A DNA stretch of 32,000 bases from a cyanobacterium endosymbiont of Epithemia turgida isolate EtSB Lake Yunoko (lineage in GTDB: Bacteria > Cyanobacteriota > Cyanobacteriia > Cyanobacteriales > Microcystaceae). A program made the position numbers and the translations under genes. Of this stretch, positions 21,159 through 30,622 are shown one piece after another (position 1 is the first letter of the stretch; each line of letters opens with the position of its first letter). The stretch is taken from NCBI RefSeq assembly GCF_000829235.1, contig NZ_AP012549.1:330001-362000 (forward strand), given 5' to 3'. The notes below the pieces were generated by a model. That model saw only the letters and a list, made by a program, of their open reading frames with translations, had not been told where the DNA came from and ran no database searches.

Positions 21159-21374
21159 TTATTAACTCCAATGTTAAGATTATCAATCTTTGGTTAGAAA
21201 CTGTTTTAAAAATCAACTAATTAAGTAATTAACGCCATAATTAGACCCAATAGTTCCGATAAGTTAGTTAAAATTATAGATATACGCTCTTTTCTCGAAT
21301 CAATTCCTGTGAAATTAGTACGGACAACCTTTAGCGTAAATTTTCCTTCATTATTAGCAACTATTGGCAAAGAA

Positions 21375-22039
21375 AATTATAGTGAATGGGATTAGCGGCA
21401 TCCTAAACAATGGGGAGAGATTTCTGAAGAACACCGAGTTTGTAAAACTGAAAAATAATAGTCACTTATTAACTTACAATTTTCTATCAAATCTCAGCTT
21501 GGACATGTATAAATTTTTTATAAAGAAATTCCCCTGCGCATTATCAATAATGGTCATACCATGCAGGTTAATAGTGTAGCAGGGAATTTTATTATTGTTG
21601 ATAGCCCAAAATTTGAGCTTTTATGATTTTATTTCTATTATTCTAGTGAAGATACTGTCGATGGAAAAAACTACCCGATGGAAATACATCTAGTTCATCG
21701 AAATCAACAAGGTTTCCTTGCTGTTTTAGGAGTTTATCTTAAACAAGGCTAAGAACATCAAACTCTTCAGTTGATTCTGGATAGTATTCCATCCATAAAA
21801 AGTGCAAAAAATTAATTTATAATCATAATATTACCTTAGATAAACTATTATTAACTAACTTTGACAGCTACCTATATTTTGGTTCTCTGACTACTCCTCC
21901 TTGTTCTGAAATTGTCTATTAAATAGGATAGTATTTCAAGAACGGGGGAAAGTTTCTCTCAAATAAATGCAACAATTCAAACAAATTTTTTCCTAAAATG
22001 TTCGTTCAGTTTAATCGATTAATTATCGTTTTATCCTGA
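21375..22039 (+). pseudogene. Alpha-class carbonic anhydrase pseudogene (EcaA-like)
   Basis: The frame from 21375 reads NYSEWD*RHPKQWGEISEEHRVCKTEK**SLINL...IINNGHTMQV...FELL*FYFYYSSEDTVDGKNYPMEIHLVHRNQQGFLAVLGVYLKQG*. After a frameshift near 21815 it reads ...YLYFGSLTTPPCSEIVY*IG*. All hallmark alpha-CA blocks are present in order (NNGHT, QFHFHxPSEH, ElHlVH, GSLTTPPCSE). There are at least 8 in-frame stops, at least one frameshift, and the HFH zinc ligands are replaced by YFY. Confidence 0.88.
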
Positions 22040-22452
22040 TTGCTATTTAAAAACCGATGAAACAAACTCTCCAAACTCTCCATACAGATTATGATTGAAA
22101 CCGGTAATTTGTGGGACTAAATTATGGTTTAAGCTAAACGTCGTAAGAATGGCATCAGAAAAAAATATAGCCAAGATACAGTTATTTTTTCTTAACTTCC
22201 TCTTATTAAACGCCGAACTGACGTTTTCTATCAATGGACAATTCAGGGAGATTGTATCATGGTGGTCAGCCTCCACATTCTTTATAAGTTATAGAAAAAA
22301 CTAGAAAGTATGATCCTAGATTTAGATAATAGTGTTCCAATTTTTTATTGACCGTCTCCAAGCTTTTGCTTCTTGTAATCTGCTTCGCTAGCAGTCTACA
22401 AGTAGTTTAAATTACTTAGTGAATTATCATAAAAATACGACAACTCATTAAC

Positions 22453-23328
22453 TCATTTATGATGGAAACGAATTCCTAGAAAGACATCATATAAAAAACT
22501 CCATAAATTTTTTCCTTCCAACAGATCTAGAGATTGCTCACACTCCTTAGCGTCTAAAAGAAGTTTGGTTACATTATAGGCTGACTCATACTTGTACCAA
22601 GGAATAGATGGCCATAAGTGATGAACTAAGTGATAGTTCTGTCCAAAAATCATTAGGTTTAAAATAGAATTAGGATAAACCCTTGCATTTTTCCAGCGAT
22701 CACGTTCTTTGAAAGGACGATGGGGAAGATAGTCAAAAAATAAACCCAAAGCAACTCCCACCACTAAAGCAGGAACAAACCAAAAGTGCATTAAGTAGTC
22801 GATAAATCCGAAATGAATACCCAAAAAAACTCCCGTAAATAGAAATAGTCGACTTATAAACCATTCCAATAACTCATGCTTACGCCACAAACGACGTTTA
22901 AAGAAAAAAACTTCGTGATAGAAGAAACGAGCAGCAATCATCCAGAGAGGTCCTCCAGTTGAGACAAAATAATCAGGATCATTATCAGGATCATTAACAT
23001 GGGCATGATGTTGTAGATGTACGCGTGTAAACACGGGAAAGGCAAAGCCTAACATTAGCGCACTACCATGTCCCAAAATGGCATTAAAAATCCGATTATT
23101 ATGAGCAGCATTATGGGAAGCGTCGTGAATAACTGTTCCTGATAAATGAAGAGCGAGAACATTAGAAAAAAAACAAACCCAATTAGACCATCCCCATAAC
23201 CAATAACCGCAGGTTGAAAGACTAATCAGTGAGAGTGCACTAAAAAACATCAAGACATTAGGGTTGAACCCACCTGGTGTTCTGAGATACCCTTCGAGAA
23301 CTGTTAGCGAGGTTTGGTCCGACTGCAT
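22453..23328 (-). CDS. crtR: Beta-carotene hydroxylase, CrtR type (membrane di-iron, fatty-acid-desaturase superfamily)
   Basis: Three His boxes (HDASHNAAH, HLQHHAH, HLVHHLWPSIPWY) sit in a multi-TM protein of CrtR size. The ORF track begins at 23448; the internal ATG at 23328 (MQSDQTSLTVLEGY...) is the more plausible start. Confidence 0.75.
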   Translation of the reverse strand: MQSDQTSLTVLEGYLRTPGGFNPNVLMFFSALSLISLSTCGYWLWGWSNWVCFFSNVLALHLSGTVIHDASHNAAHNNRIFNAILGHGSALMLGFAFPVFTRVHLQHHAHVNDPDNDPDYFVSTGGPLWMIAARFFYHEVFFFKRRLWRKHELLEWFISRLFLFTGVFLGIHFGFIDYLMHFWFVPALVVGVALGLFFDYLPHRPFKERDRWKNARVYPNSILNLMIFGQNYHLVHHLWPSIPWYKYESAYNVTKLLLDAKECEQSLDLLEGKNLWSFLYDVFLGIRFHHK

Positions 23329-23770
23329 TATGTTGCTTACTCCTTTGCTAGGGTCATATCTATCCTTAGATAGTCTGCAAGACCACCATATTTTAATAAA
23401 GATTTGTAGTGTTATGGCATGTTTATAGAATAAGGGACGAACAGTCACTGATCATAAAACATAATCTTTGAAAAAATACCGTTTTATTATGTTTAGCTCA
23501 GATTGTTTCAGTATTGATAGAAAAAATATTCTATACAGTTTAACTTTTATCTCTGGAATAGATTAAGTTTTAAGTAAGTTTCAATGGTAATTTTTTTTGT
23601 ATTGACACTTAATTCAAGAAAATTAAACAATAAAAAAATTTTACAACGTTGTTTAAATAAGCAGCAACTTAATTGATTTTTAAAATTTCTCTCATATCTC
23701 GTAAGATTGTTATATTTTTTTTAAGAGACTGATAGCATAGTAGAAATAGTGGTTCAATTGTTAATTGACA

Positions 23771-24346
23771 ATGCCTCTAAATTTCTGTTCTAGTTACTCC
23801 TCTGAGTCGATGGTGATAGAAGAAGATAGTCCTCCGAACTTTACAGACTTGAATTTATTACCTTGTCGCTTGGGAAGGTATTGCCGTTACTTATATTTGC
23901 GGTTCCGTCGGTTACGGGGAACTCCACATTCCATAGCGAGAGGATTAGCTTGTGGAGTGTTTGCCGGGTGTTTTCCTTTGTTGGGGCTTCAAACTATTAT
24001 GGGGGTTTTGCTAGCAGTTATTTTTCGGGGCAATAAGTTGGCTGCAGCTATCGGAACTTGGATTAGCAATCCTCTAACTTATGTTCCTGTTTTTGCTTTT
24101 AATTATAAAGTAGGCGAGTTTTTATTATTGGGTTTTCGAAATACAGTTGTACAAACAGATGTTCGACAAAGTTGGCAATCTTGGTCAACCTTAATAGAAT
24201 CGGGTTTTGATTTTATCTTTACACTATTTTTGGGATGCTTAATTGTTGGTATATTCTGTTCTTTTGTTAGTTATTTTTTGAGTTTAAAGTTATTTTCTTT
24301 GGGCAGAAATCACGTAGATTTACCAATCGGAAATGATAATCACTAA
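23771..24346 (+). CDS. DUF2062-family membrane protein
   Basis: The characteristic block RGTPHSIARGLACGVFAGCFPLLGLQTIMGVLLAVIFRGNKLAAAIGTWISNPLTYVP is followed by C-terminal TM segments. The ORF-track start at 23765 is TTG; ATG 23771 is more likely. Confidence 0.75.
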   Translation: MPLNFCSSYSSESMVIEEDSPPNFTDLNLLPCRLGRYCRYLYLRFRRLRGTPHSIARGLACGVFAGCFPLLGLQTIMGVLLAVIFRGNKLAAAIGTWISNPLTYVPVFAFNYKVGEFLLLGFRNTVVQTDVRQSWQSWSTLIESGFDFIFTLFLGCLIVGIFCSFVSYFLSLKLFSLGRNHVDLPIGNDNH

Positions 24347-24608
24347 ATTTAAGATGGATAATTCTAGATTAGGTCGACTCGAAATTGCATACCTCAATTG
24401 AAATAACTAAGGATCGATACACTAATATTTACATTAAAAATTATCAGTTTGATAGGAAAAAAATAAAACAAAGCTAATTCTATTTTTCTGTAAACTGTTT
24501 CTAACACAAAATAACGATCTGATAACCCCATCTAAAAATTGAGTTATAAATTGCCTACAATAAAGTAGAATTGACAGTCAGTTAGGAAATAATCTCCCAG
24601 ACAAAAGC

Positions 24609-25075
24609 ATGACAAAAACTGTTCTAGCTATAATGATACCAAATACTATAACGGTGACTCCACAAAGACTGTAAAAAGAGGCTAGCAAATTATTAACCGA
24701 AAAATATATTAGTGAACTACCTGTCATTAATGATTTTGAAAAATTCATTGAAGTCGTCTCTGAGACCGATTTAATATGGAAAAAATCGGAACTTAAAGTA
24801 TCTACTTATCTAATGATTTTAGACAGTGTTATTTATTTGCAAGATTCCGCTCGCTATAAAAAAGAGATCCATAAAATATTAGAGTAAACAGTAGGAGAAT
24901 TAATGACTAGTAAACCTATATCAGTTAAATCCTCTCAATCTTGACGTGAAGCTGTCCACATTATGCACAATAAAAAAATTGTCCGTTTACCAGTAGTTGA
25001 TAACCAAGGAGATAAGATCATTGGTCTGTTAACTTAAGGAAAGGAGATATTATTCGTTCAATGGTTCAACATTAG
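24609..25075 (+). pseudogene. CBS-pair domain protein pseudogene
   Basis: One frame reads MTKTVLAIMIPNTITVTPQRL*KEASKLLTEKYISELPVINDFEKFIEVVSETDLIWKK...LDSVIYLQDSARYKKEIHKILE*TVGELMTSKPISVKSSQS*REAVHIMHNKKIVRLPVVDNQGDKIIGLLT*G. It contains four in-frame stops (TAA 24672, TAA, TGA, TAA). A small insertion (GGAAAGGAG) then shifts the terminal GDIIRSMVQH* out of frame. Confidence 0.85.
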
Positions 25076-25148
25076 CTTCATACATTAATCCAGAGCAAAA
25101 TGAGTATTTTAAATTTGTACAAAAAATATTTATTCGACATCGATAACC

Positions 25149-26040
25149 ATGTCCAACAGGCTTAACTTTTGACCTAGTGTAGGGTGACTCAATTAAACTA
25201 AAACTTGAAGAAAGAAACTTCAACTGAAAACTATTTTGTTTCCGAATATTTCCGGTAGTTTGATTGAAAACTACATTCAACGAGTTACTGAATTAAGTCA
25301 ATTGAGTCAGCACATTTCCACTATAAGAGAAGTGGAAAAAATTGTGGCAGAATTTGGTATTGAACCTGATGAAATTGAAGCCGCTCAAAAACAATCCTAC
25401 GACCACTATGTTTGCCCTCAAGGTCATACATATGCTTCAGGCGCATATGATGCTGTATTAGAATTTCACTTCAAGAAGTAGTAGCTTTTAACCATTCTAA
25501 TTTAGAGGTGTTAATTAATCTTACTGGTTCCGATATGGAACGCTGGAAAGAAAAACATTACCATGAAGACGAAAATAATATTTGTTTTAGAATTTGTCAA
25601 TGTCTTGTCATTAAACTCGATTGTGAAGAAGCGTTAAATTTATTAGAACGGGTTTCTAAAGCTTTAAAATAGCGTAAACAGACATCAATTGGTATTATTG
25701 TTGGATGAGGAGTATTAGTGCTAAAAGTTAGTAATTTTTTCTGATTAAGTGATACATTACCTAATGTGTGTGAAAACCATCAAAGCTTCAACAACTAGAA
25801 AGGGCTGTTTTCCAATATCTAAATAAGTTGCAAAAAGAACAAGCAGTCTCCAAAGCAAAAATTTTTATCCTACAAAAACGTAATGATCAGCGTTATCAAG
25901 TTAATGTCAATAGGCTCTATAGTCGTATGAATCAATTAGAATAACAGTTGGCTACTATACAACGAAAAATACTTGAGATCAAAAACCCTCAACCAAAGAA
26001 ACTAAACCCTAAATCCTTTCCTGACATTACAATTCCCTAG
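25149..26040 (+). pseudogene. Decayed gene for a helical (TPR-like) / TM / coiled-coil protein of unknown function
   Basis: Protein-like reading passes through three frames. The first is ...SGSLIENYIQRVTELSQLSQ...EIEAAQKQSYDHY...AYDAVLEFHFKK** (to 25484). The second is AFNHSNLEVLINLTGSDMERWKEKHYHEDENNICFRICQCLVIKLDCEEALNLLERVSKALK* followed by RKQTSIGIIVG*GVLVLKV. The third is PSKLQQLERAVFQYLNKLQKEQAVSKAKIFILQKRNDQRYQVNVNRLYSRMNQLE*QLATIQRKILEIKNP... (to 26040). There are at least 2 frameshifts and several stops. The 5' boundary is uncertain. Confidence 0.5.
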
Positions 26041-26246
26041 GTATAATATTTTTTCAGCCTCCGTGCAAGAAGAAACCCTACGCCATAAATGAGTGAAACG
26101 TATCGAACTGTGGGGAAGTAACTGTATAAGTAAGTTTTTTTGACACAAATTAGATAATGAGAATACTATTAGTATGTAGTCTGAGTTTTCCTTGAAAATT
26201 ATGCTCAATTTCTCTTGTAATTAGTGCATTTTTGAGGAAACTGGTT

Positions 26247-26305
26247 GCACCTTATACTTATAATTTACTATGTTTTTTTTAAAGTCAATCATAAGTATAA
26301 GGTGC
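26247..26305. repeat. Orphan inverted repeat (15-bp perfect arms, 29-nt loop)
   Basis: GCACCTTATACTTAT (26247-26261) and ATAAGTATAAGGTGC (26291-26305) are exact reverse complements. It lies between the decayed gene and the 3' end of the ABC-F gene. Confidence 0.7.
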
Positions 26306-26478
26306 TGGAATAACTGATGACGATCACTTAACTCTTTGATTATTAATTTTTTAACTATGAAATAGTACTAATATTCTTATATTGTGTTACGATTACTATA
26401 GAATCATAAAAGCAATTTAAAATTTATGAATCCTTTGAATATCATCTTTGTGCTTGTTGTCTAAAAAAACACGAAGAT

Positions 26479-28395
26479 TTAGATGTCTCGCTCTGCTAAT
26501 TCTAGCCATCTCCCAGTGGCTGTCTCAATGGATTCAATCAATTGAGCTAATTCTTTTGTTAACTCTTGTATTTTAGTAAAATCACTAGGAGTACTACTAT
26601 ATAGTATTTGTTCAAGGGTTTCTTTTTTAGCTTCTAATTCTGGAATTTGTTCTTCAAGTTTTTTATATTCGTGTTTCTCATTAAAAGACAGCTTACGAGA
26701 TTGACTAAACTTTGATTCTTTTAAAAGAACTATTTTTTTCTTAGTTTTAGTTTCTTGTTTTTTATTTTCTTCTTTACCTTGTTCTTCCTGAGCTTTTTTA
26801 TAATCTATGTAAACAGAATAATTCCCTGGATACTGACGAATATTTCCACCAAGTTCTAAAGAAAAAATAGTCCTGACAGTACGATCAAGAAAATAGCGAT
26901 CATGAGACACTACAATCAAACAACCATTAAATTCCTCTAAATATTCTTCTAAAACTGCCAACGTTTGTACATCAAGATCATTTGTAGGTTCGTCTAAAAT
27001 CAAAACATTAGGCGAACTCATCAAAACTCGTAGCAAAAATAATCGCCGTTTCTCTCCCCCAGACAGTTTATGGATGGGTGCATATTGTTGATCCGGTGGA
27101 AATAAAAATCGTTCCAACATTTGAGAAACAGTAATCACATTCCCATCAGCAGTTTCAACCAGCTCAGCTATACCTCTGAGATAATCAATCACCCGTTGAT
27201 TTTCATTAACAATTAAATCTGCAGAGTGTTGATCTAAATAACCAATATGAACGGTTGATCCAATATCTACTGTCCCTGAATCAGGGGTAACTTGACCCAT
27301 AATAATATTCATCAGAGTAGACTTTCCCGCCCCATTGGATCCAATAATACCTACCCGATCTTCTGGACCAAAAATATAAGTAAAATTTTTAATTAAAGTG
27401 CGCTCACCGTAAGACTTACTAACCTCTTTTAGTTCAACAACTTTTTTGCCAATTCGACGACTAATTGTGGAAATATCTACTTTATTTTGAGCTTGTTTAT
27501 GTTCTTTCTCCTGCATCTCTCTAATACGGTCAATTCTAGCTTTCTGTTTAGTACTTCTAGCTTTTGGTCCTCGCTTAAGCCATTCCAATTCCCTTTGTAA
27601 AATTCCTGCTTGTTTGCGTTGACTACTTAATTCGGATACTTGGGCCTCAACTTTTTTTTGCAGATAATAGCTATAATTACCAGAGTAACCATAAAGATAT
27701 CCCTGATCAATTTCTAAGATACGATTGGTTACCTTATCGAGAAAATAACGATCATGGGTAATAAGCAATAAAGCTCCTTGATAGTGAGCCAAATAACTCT
27801 GCAACCATTCTACCGACAGAGCATCAAGATGATTTGTTGGTTCATCCATCAGTAAAACATCAGGGTTAGACAACAAGGCTGATGCTAGAGTAATACGCTT
27901 ACGACAACCCCCTGATAAATTAGCAATTTTATCCCCAAAATCTTCAATTCCTAGTTGACTTAAAATGATTTTAGCATTGGTTTCCATCTCCCAAGCCTTC
28001 AGTGCATCAATGCGTTGGCTGACACTTGATAACTGAGACATTAAGATTTCTATTTTTTCTGGTTGATGTGCTAATTGATATGAGAGTTGCTCATATTCCT
28101 GAACTAACTCCATTTGTTCTCCACAGTCAGTAAAGACCTGCTCTAAGACTGTGAGATTTTCATCTAGGTTAGGTTGTTGGGGCAAATAGATAATTTTGGC
28201 TCCAGCATTAATCCAAATATCTCCCCCATCAGCTGATTCTAGCTGAGCAATGATTTTAAGCAAAGTGGACTTACCAGAACCATTTGTTCCAATTAACCCA
28301 ACTTTGTCTCCTTCATTAAGGCTAAAGCTGATATCCTTAAGGATTTCTTTGATGCCAAAGTTTTTTCTAAGTGCTTTCAGGGTAAAAATGGTCAT
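26479..28395 (-). CDS. ABC-F family ATPase (tandem ABC domains, no TM domain; Uup/EttA-like translation-associated class)
   Basis: It has two Walker A motifs (GTNGSGKST, GSNGAGKST), two signature motifs (LSGGCRKR, LSGGEKRR) and two Walker B motifs (LLMDEPTNHLD, LILDEPTNDLD). It also has a charged inter-domain linker and a C-terminal coiled coil. The likely start is ATG 28395 (MTIFTLKALRK...), not the track's 28431. Confidence 0.9.
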   Translation of the reverse strand: MTIFTLKALRKNFGIKEILKDISFSLNEGDKVGLIGTNGSGKSTLLKIIAQLESADGGDIWINAGAKIIYLPQQPNLDENLTVLEQVFTDCGEQMELVQEYEQLSYQLAHQPEKIEILMSQLSSVSQRIDALKAWEMETNAKIILSQLGIEDFGDKIANLSGGCRKRITLASALLSNPDVLLMDEPTNHLDALSVEWLQSYLAHYQGALLLITHDRYFLDKVTNRILEIDQGYLYGYSGNYSYYLQKKVEAQVSELSSQRKQAGILQRELEWLKRGPKARSTKQKARIDRIREMQEKEHKQAQNKVDISTISRRIGKKVVELKEVSKSYGERTLIKNFTYIFGPEDRVGIIGSNGAGKSTLMNIIMGQVTPDSGTVDIGSTVHIGYLDQHSADLIVNENQRVIDYLRGIAELVETADGNVITVSQMLERFLFPPDQQYAPIHKLSGGEKRRLFLLRVLMSSPNVLILDEPTNDLDVQTLAVLEEYLEEFNGCLIVVSHDRYFLDRTVRTIFSLELGGNIRQYPGNYSVYIDYKKAQEEQGKEENKKQETKTKKKIVLLKESKFSQSRKLSFNEKHEYKKLEEQIPELEAKKETLEQILYSSTPSDFTKIQELTKELAQLIESIETATGRWLELAERDI

Positions 28396-28439
28396 AAAAA
28401 TAATGTTTTGGAAGAAGCAAAATATCCCCACTTATATGA

Positions 28440-28658
28440 TTATTCTTCATCCCACGCCTCCACGTTCAGGACCTCACTGACAGGGTCTTTCATGGTAAAT
28501 TCAAACTCTAAAAGTTCCCCTTTCCAATAACCCCACTGATCGCCATAAAGGAGGGCGAGTTTCCATAAACTATCGTTTGGTTTAAGCACTTTGGACTCTA
28601 CGAGTGAAGCGACTTTACGCTGAAACTTCACCATGGGATGGGCCACTTGCTGCGTCAT
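28440..28658 (-). CDS. Small conserved-looking hypothetical protein (72 aa)
   Basis: The intact ORF has non-random, Trp-rich, acidic-tailed composition (…LWKLALLYGDQWGYWKGELLEFEFTMKDPV…WDEE). It is GC-richer than the flanking spacer. I do not recognise a family. Confidence 0.5.
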   Translation of the reverse strand: MTQQVAHPMVKFQRKVASLVESKVLKPNDSLWKLALLYGDQWGYWKGELLEFEFTMKDPVSEVLNVEAWDEE

Positions 28659-28902
28659 AGACTCAATTAACTTGCATTTACTAAATTTTACAAATACTCG
28701 CTGGGTTATGCTTCTTGTGTGTGGTTATAAATTAGCGTTGCTGTATAGACTTATATAATCAGACAGATTAATAGAGAAGCAGTCCCCGCGTTCTTAGTTT
28801 TAGCTTATCTGTTTAATTTTTGCAAGGGCTTTCGGGCTAATGTACGGTAATTACTACCAACATCAAGACTTATTAAGTTAAAGCTGACTTAACTCTAGAG
28901 TT

Positions 28903-29781
28903 TTATGCAACTAACATCGAGCCAATACCCTTATCAGTGAATATTTCTAATAATAGGGCGTGAGGGAATCGCCCGTCAATAATATGAGCAGCCCTTACTC
29001 CTTGAGCAAGTGACCGAACACAACAATTGACTTTAGGAATCATTCCACCTGCTACAACACCTTGACTAATTAATTCTCTAGCTTGTTGAATATCCAATTT
29101 AGTCAACAAGGTCGAGGAATCATTACAATCTTGGAGAATTCCTCGAGTATTGGTGAGTAAAATTAATTTTTCTGCTCCTAAAGATGCGGCTATCTCACCA
29201 GCGACTGTATCGGCATTGATATTATGTACTTGTCCTTTTTGATCAGCAGCTACACTCGAAATCACTGGAATATAACCACTATTGATCAAAGCATTAACAA
29301 TTCTCGTATCAACTTGATTGACTTCACCAACAAACCCAACACCTTCTGTGCCAACGTGGCGAGCCTTAATTAAGTTACCATCTTTGCCACACAGTCCCAC
29401 CGCTTGACCACCAGCCTGGTTAATTAGGGCAACTAATTCTTTATTGACTCGGCCAACTAACACCATTTCTACCACATCCATGGTAGCGGCATCTGTCACG
29501 CGCAACCCGTCTTTAAATTGAGGTTCAATGCCTAGTTTTTCTAGCCAAGTATTGATTTCAGGACCGCCACCATGAACAACAATAGGATGAACACCAACAC
29601 AAGCTAAAAAGACAATATCACGGATAATTTTATCTTTAAGGTAACTGTCTTTCATGGCAGCACCACCATATTTGACAACGACAGTTCGTCCAGTAAATTG
29701 TTGAATGTAGGGAAGAGCTTCACTAAGAACTCGAACGCGGGTAGATTCTACTTCTCCAATATACTCATTTTCGATACGCAT
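28903..29781 (-). CDS. argB: Acetylglutamate kinase
   Basis: 292-aa ORF with amino-acid-kinase motifs ([34 protein letters not shown]). The length is typical of ArgB. Confidence 0.95.
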   Translation of the reverse strand: MRIENEYIGEVESTRVRVLSEALPYIQQFTGRTVVVKYGGAAMKDSYLKDKIIRDIVFLACVGVHPIVVHGGGPEINTWLEKLGIEPQFKDGLRVTDAATMDVVEMVLVGRVNKELVALINQAGGQAVGLCGKDGNLIKARHVGTEGVGFVGEVNQVDTRIVNALINSGYIPVISSVAADQKGQVHNINADTVAGEIAASLGAEKLILLTNTRGILQDCNDSSTLLTKLDIQQARELISQGVVAGGMIPKVNCCVRSLAQGVRAAHIIDGRFPHALLLEIFTDKGIGSMLVA

Positions 29782-30301
29782 AATCGATTACTCATTTGTT
29801 AACGTAGCCAGATTAATAGTTTAGAGGAAAAAGTAGCTAAAACCAAGTGTTTTTACAGTAAATCATAAACTTTTTCACTTAATATTAAGGTTAATATTTA
29901 ATCTTGAAGATTTCAGAGAATAACTTTACTTAGTCATTCTGTAAAAAATTAAATTTTTATCGGGAACATTATTATCTATTTTGTTCGTCTCCATTTATAT
30001 TATTAAAAAACAAAAACATTGAGGATATAGAGTTTAATTTTAAATCTAAAATGACACAGATTTAGACTTCAAAAGTTTTACTACGATATTACTACTACAA
30101 AAATACGAGATAGAACGCAAATTGTCACAAAAATCTATAGTCTTAAACTAAGATTTTTGACATCAGCCTTTATAATAAGAACATCTTAGTCTATTGTCTG
30201 ATGATACGTTCAACTGGTATCCTAAGACGTTCTCTTTTAGACAATTTAAGGACAAGAACGTAAAAACAAGTGTCTTTTCGACTGATTTTAGGTGGTGTGA
30301 G

Positions 30302-30499
30302 ATGTTAGAACGTTTGCTATTAGCTAGCACAGTAACGTGTTTGTTATACTTTTCCGCTCAAGTAGGTCGATCTTCGCTAAATCCAACACAGACTAATCAG
30401 CCCTTTGGGTATATAAAGTTTGAGAGCTCTTCCCTGCCGACCTCTCGAAGAGTGTGGTCCGCTTTTGCAGCCTCCAAGCCAGATTCTGTCTTTGGTTAA
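30302..30499 (+). CDS. Possible small protein with hydrophobic N-terminus (65 aa); uncertain
   Basis: ATG 30302 gives MLERLLLASTVTCLLYFSAQVGRSS.... The region is visibly GC-richer than neighbouring spacer, which suggests constraint, but the C-terminal half looks unprotein-like and I recognise no family. The track's upstream extension (from 30194, TTG) is unlikely. Confidence 0.3.
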   Translation: MLERLLLASTVTCLLYFSAQVGRSSLNPTQTNQPFGYIKFESSSLPTSRRVWSAFAASKPDSVFG

Positions 30500-30539
30500 G
30501 CTATTAGCTTAGATCATTGTTTAATTCATTATAAGAGCT

Positions 30540-30606
30540 GGTGGGGGGAGAACTTCACTAGTCGAGTCTAAGTGTAGTTGATCTTTGAGAAACATCTCCT
30601 CTCACC
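30540..30606. terminator. GC-rich long hairpin between convergent genes (candidate bidirectional terminator)
   Basis: GGTGGGGGGAG (30540-30550) pairs with CTCCTCTCACC (30596-30606) over 11 bp including 2 G-U pairs. It encloses an imperfect inner helix. It starts 16 nt after the glpD stop and 40 nt after the stop of the + strand small ORF. No clear U-tract is present. Confidence 0.4.
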
Positions 30607-30622
30607 AAAATGTTAGTGTTGA

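Noticed and set aside
21364-22304. Three track ORFs lie around the carbonic-anhydrase remnant: 21364-21579+, 22043-22276- and 22095-22304+.
   Set aside because: The first is an off-frame reading of the alpha-CA pseudogene, whose homology lies in a different frame. The other two overlap each other on opposite strands, have no recognisable motifs and have implausible composition. They may be further debris, but I cannot support a call.
24609-25075. I considered that the four in-frame stops in the CBS gene reflect stop-codon reassignment or programmed readthrough.
   Set aside because: TAA, TAG and TGA all terminate well-supported genes in this same window at the expected positions (metF and trpS use TAA, tsaC uses TAG, tyrS uses TGA). 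Other genes here are clearly decaying, so the ordinary pseudogene explanation is preferred.
25050-26208. Two minus-strand track ORFs lie here: 25050-25280- and 26002-26208-.
   Set aside because: They are antisense to, or overlap, the + strand pseudogene remnants. They have no motifs, and the coherent protein-like signal is on the + strand.
4692-28431. The ORF track proposes upstream-extended starts for tyrS (TTG 4692), crtR (23448), DUF2062 (TTG 23765) and ABC-F (28431).
   Set aside because: The extensions add non-conserved-looking, hydrophobic or low-complexity leader residues. Internal ATGs (4698, 23328, 23771, 28395) give N-termini that resemble the respective families.
28250-28480. A 76-aa + strand ORF is antisense to the 5' end of the ABC-F gene. 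A 68-aa ORF (31523-31729+) is likewise antisense inside glpD.
   Set aside because: Both are antisense shadows of well-supported genes with no recognisable features.
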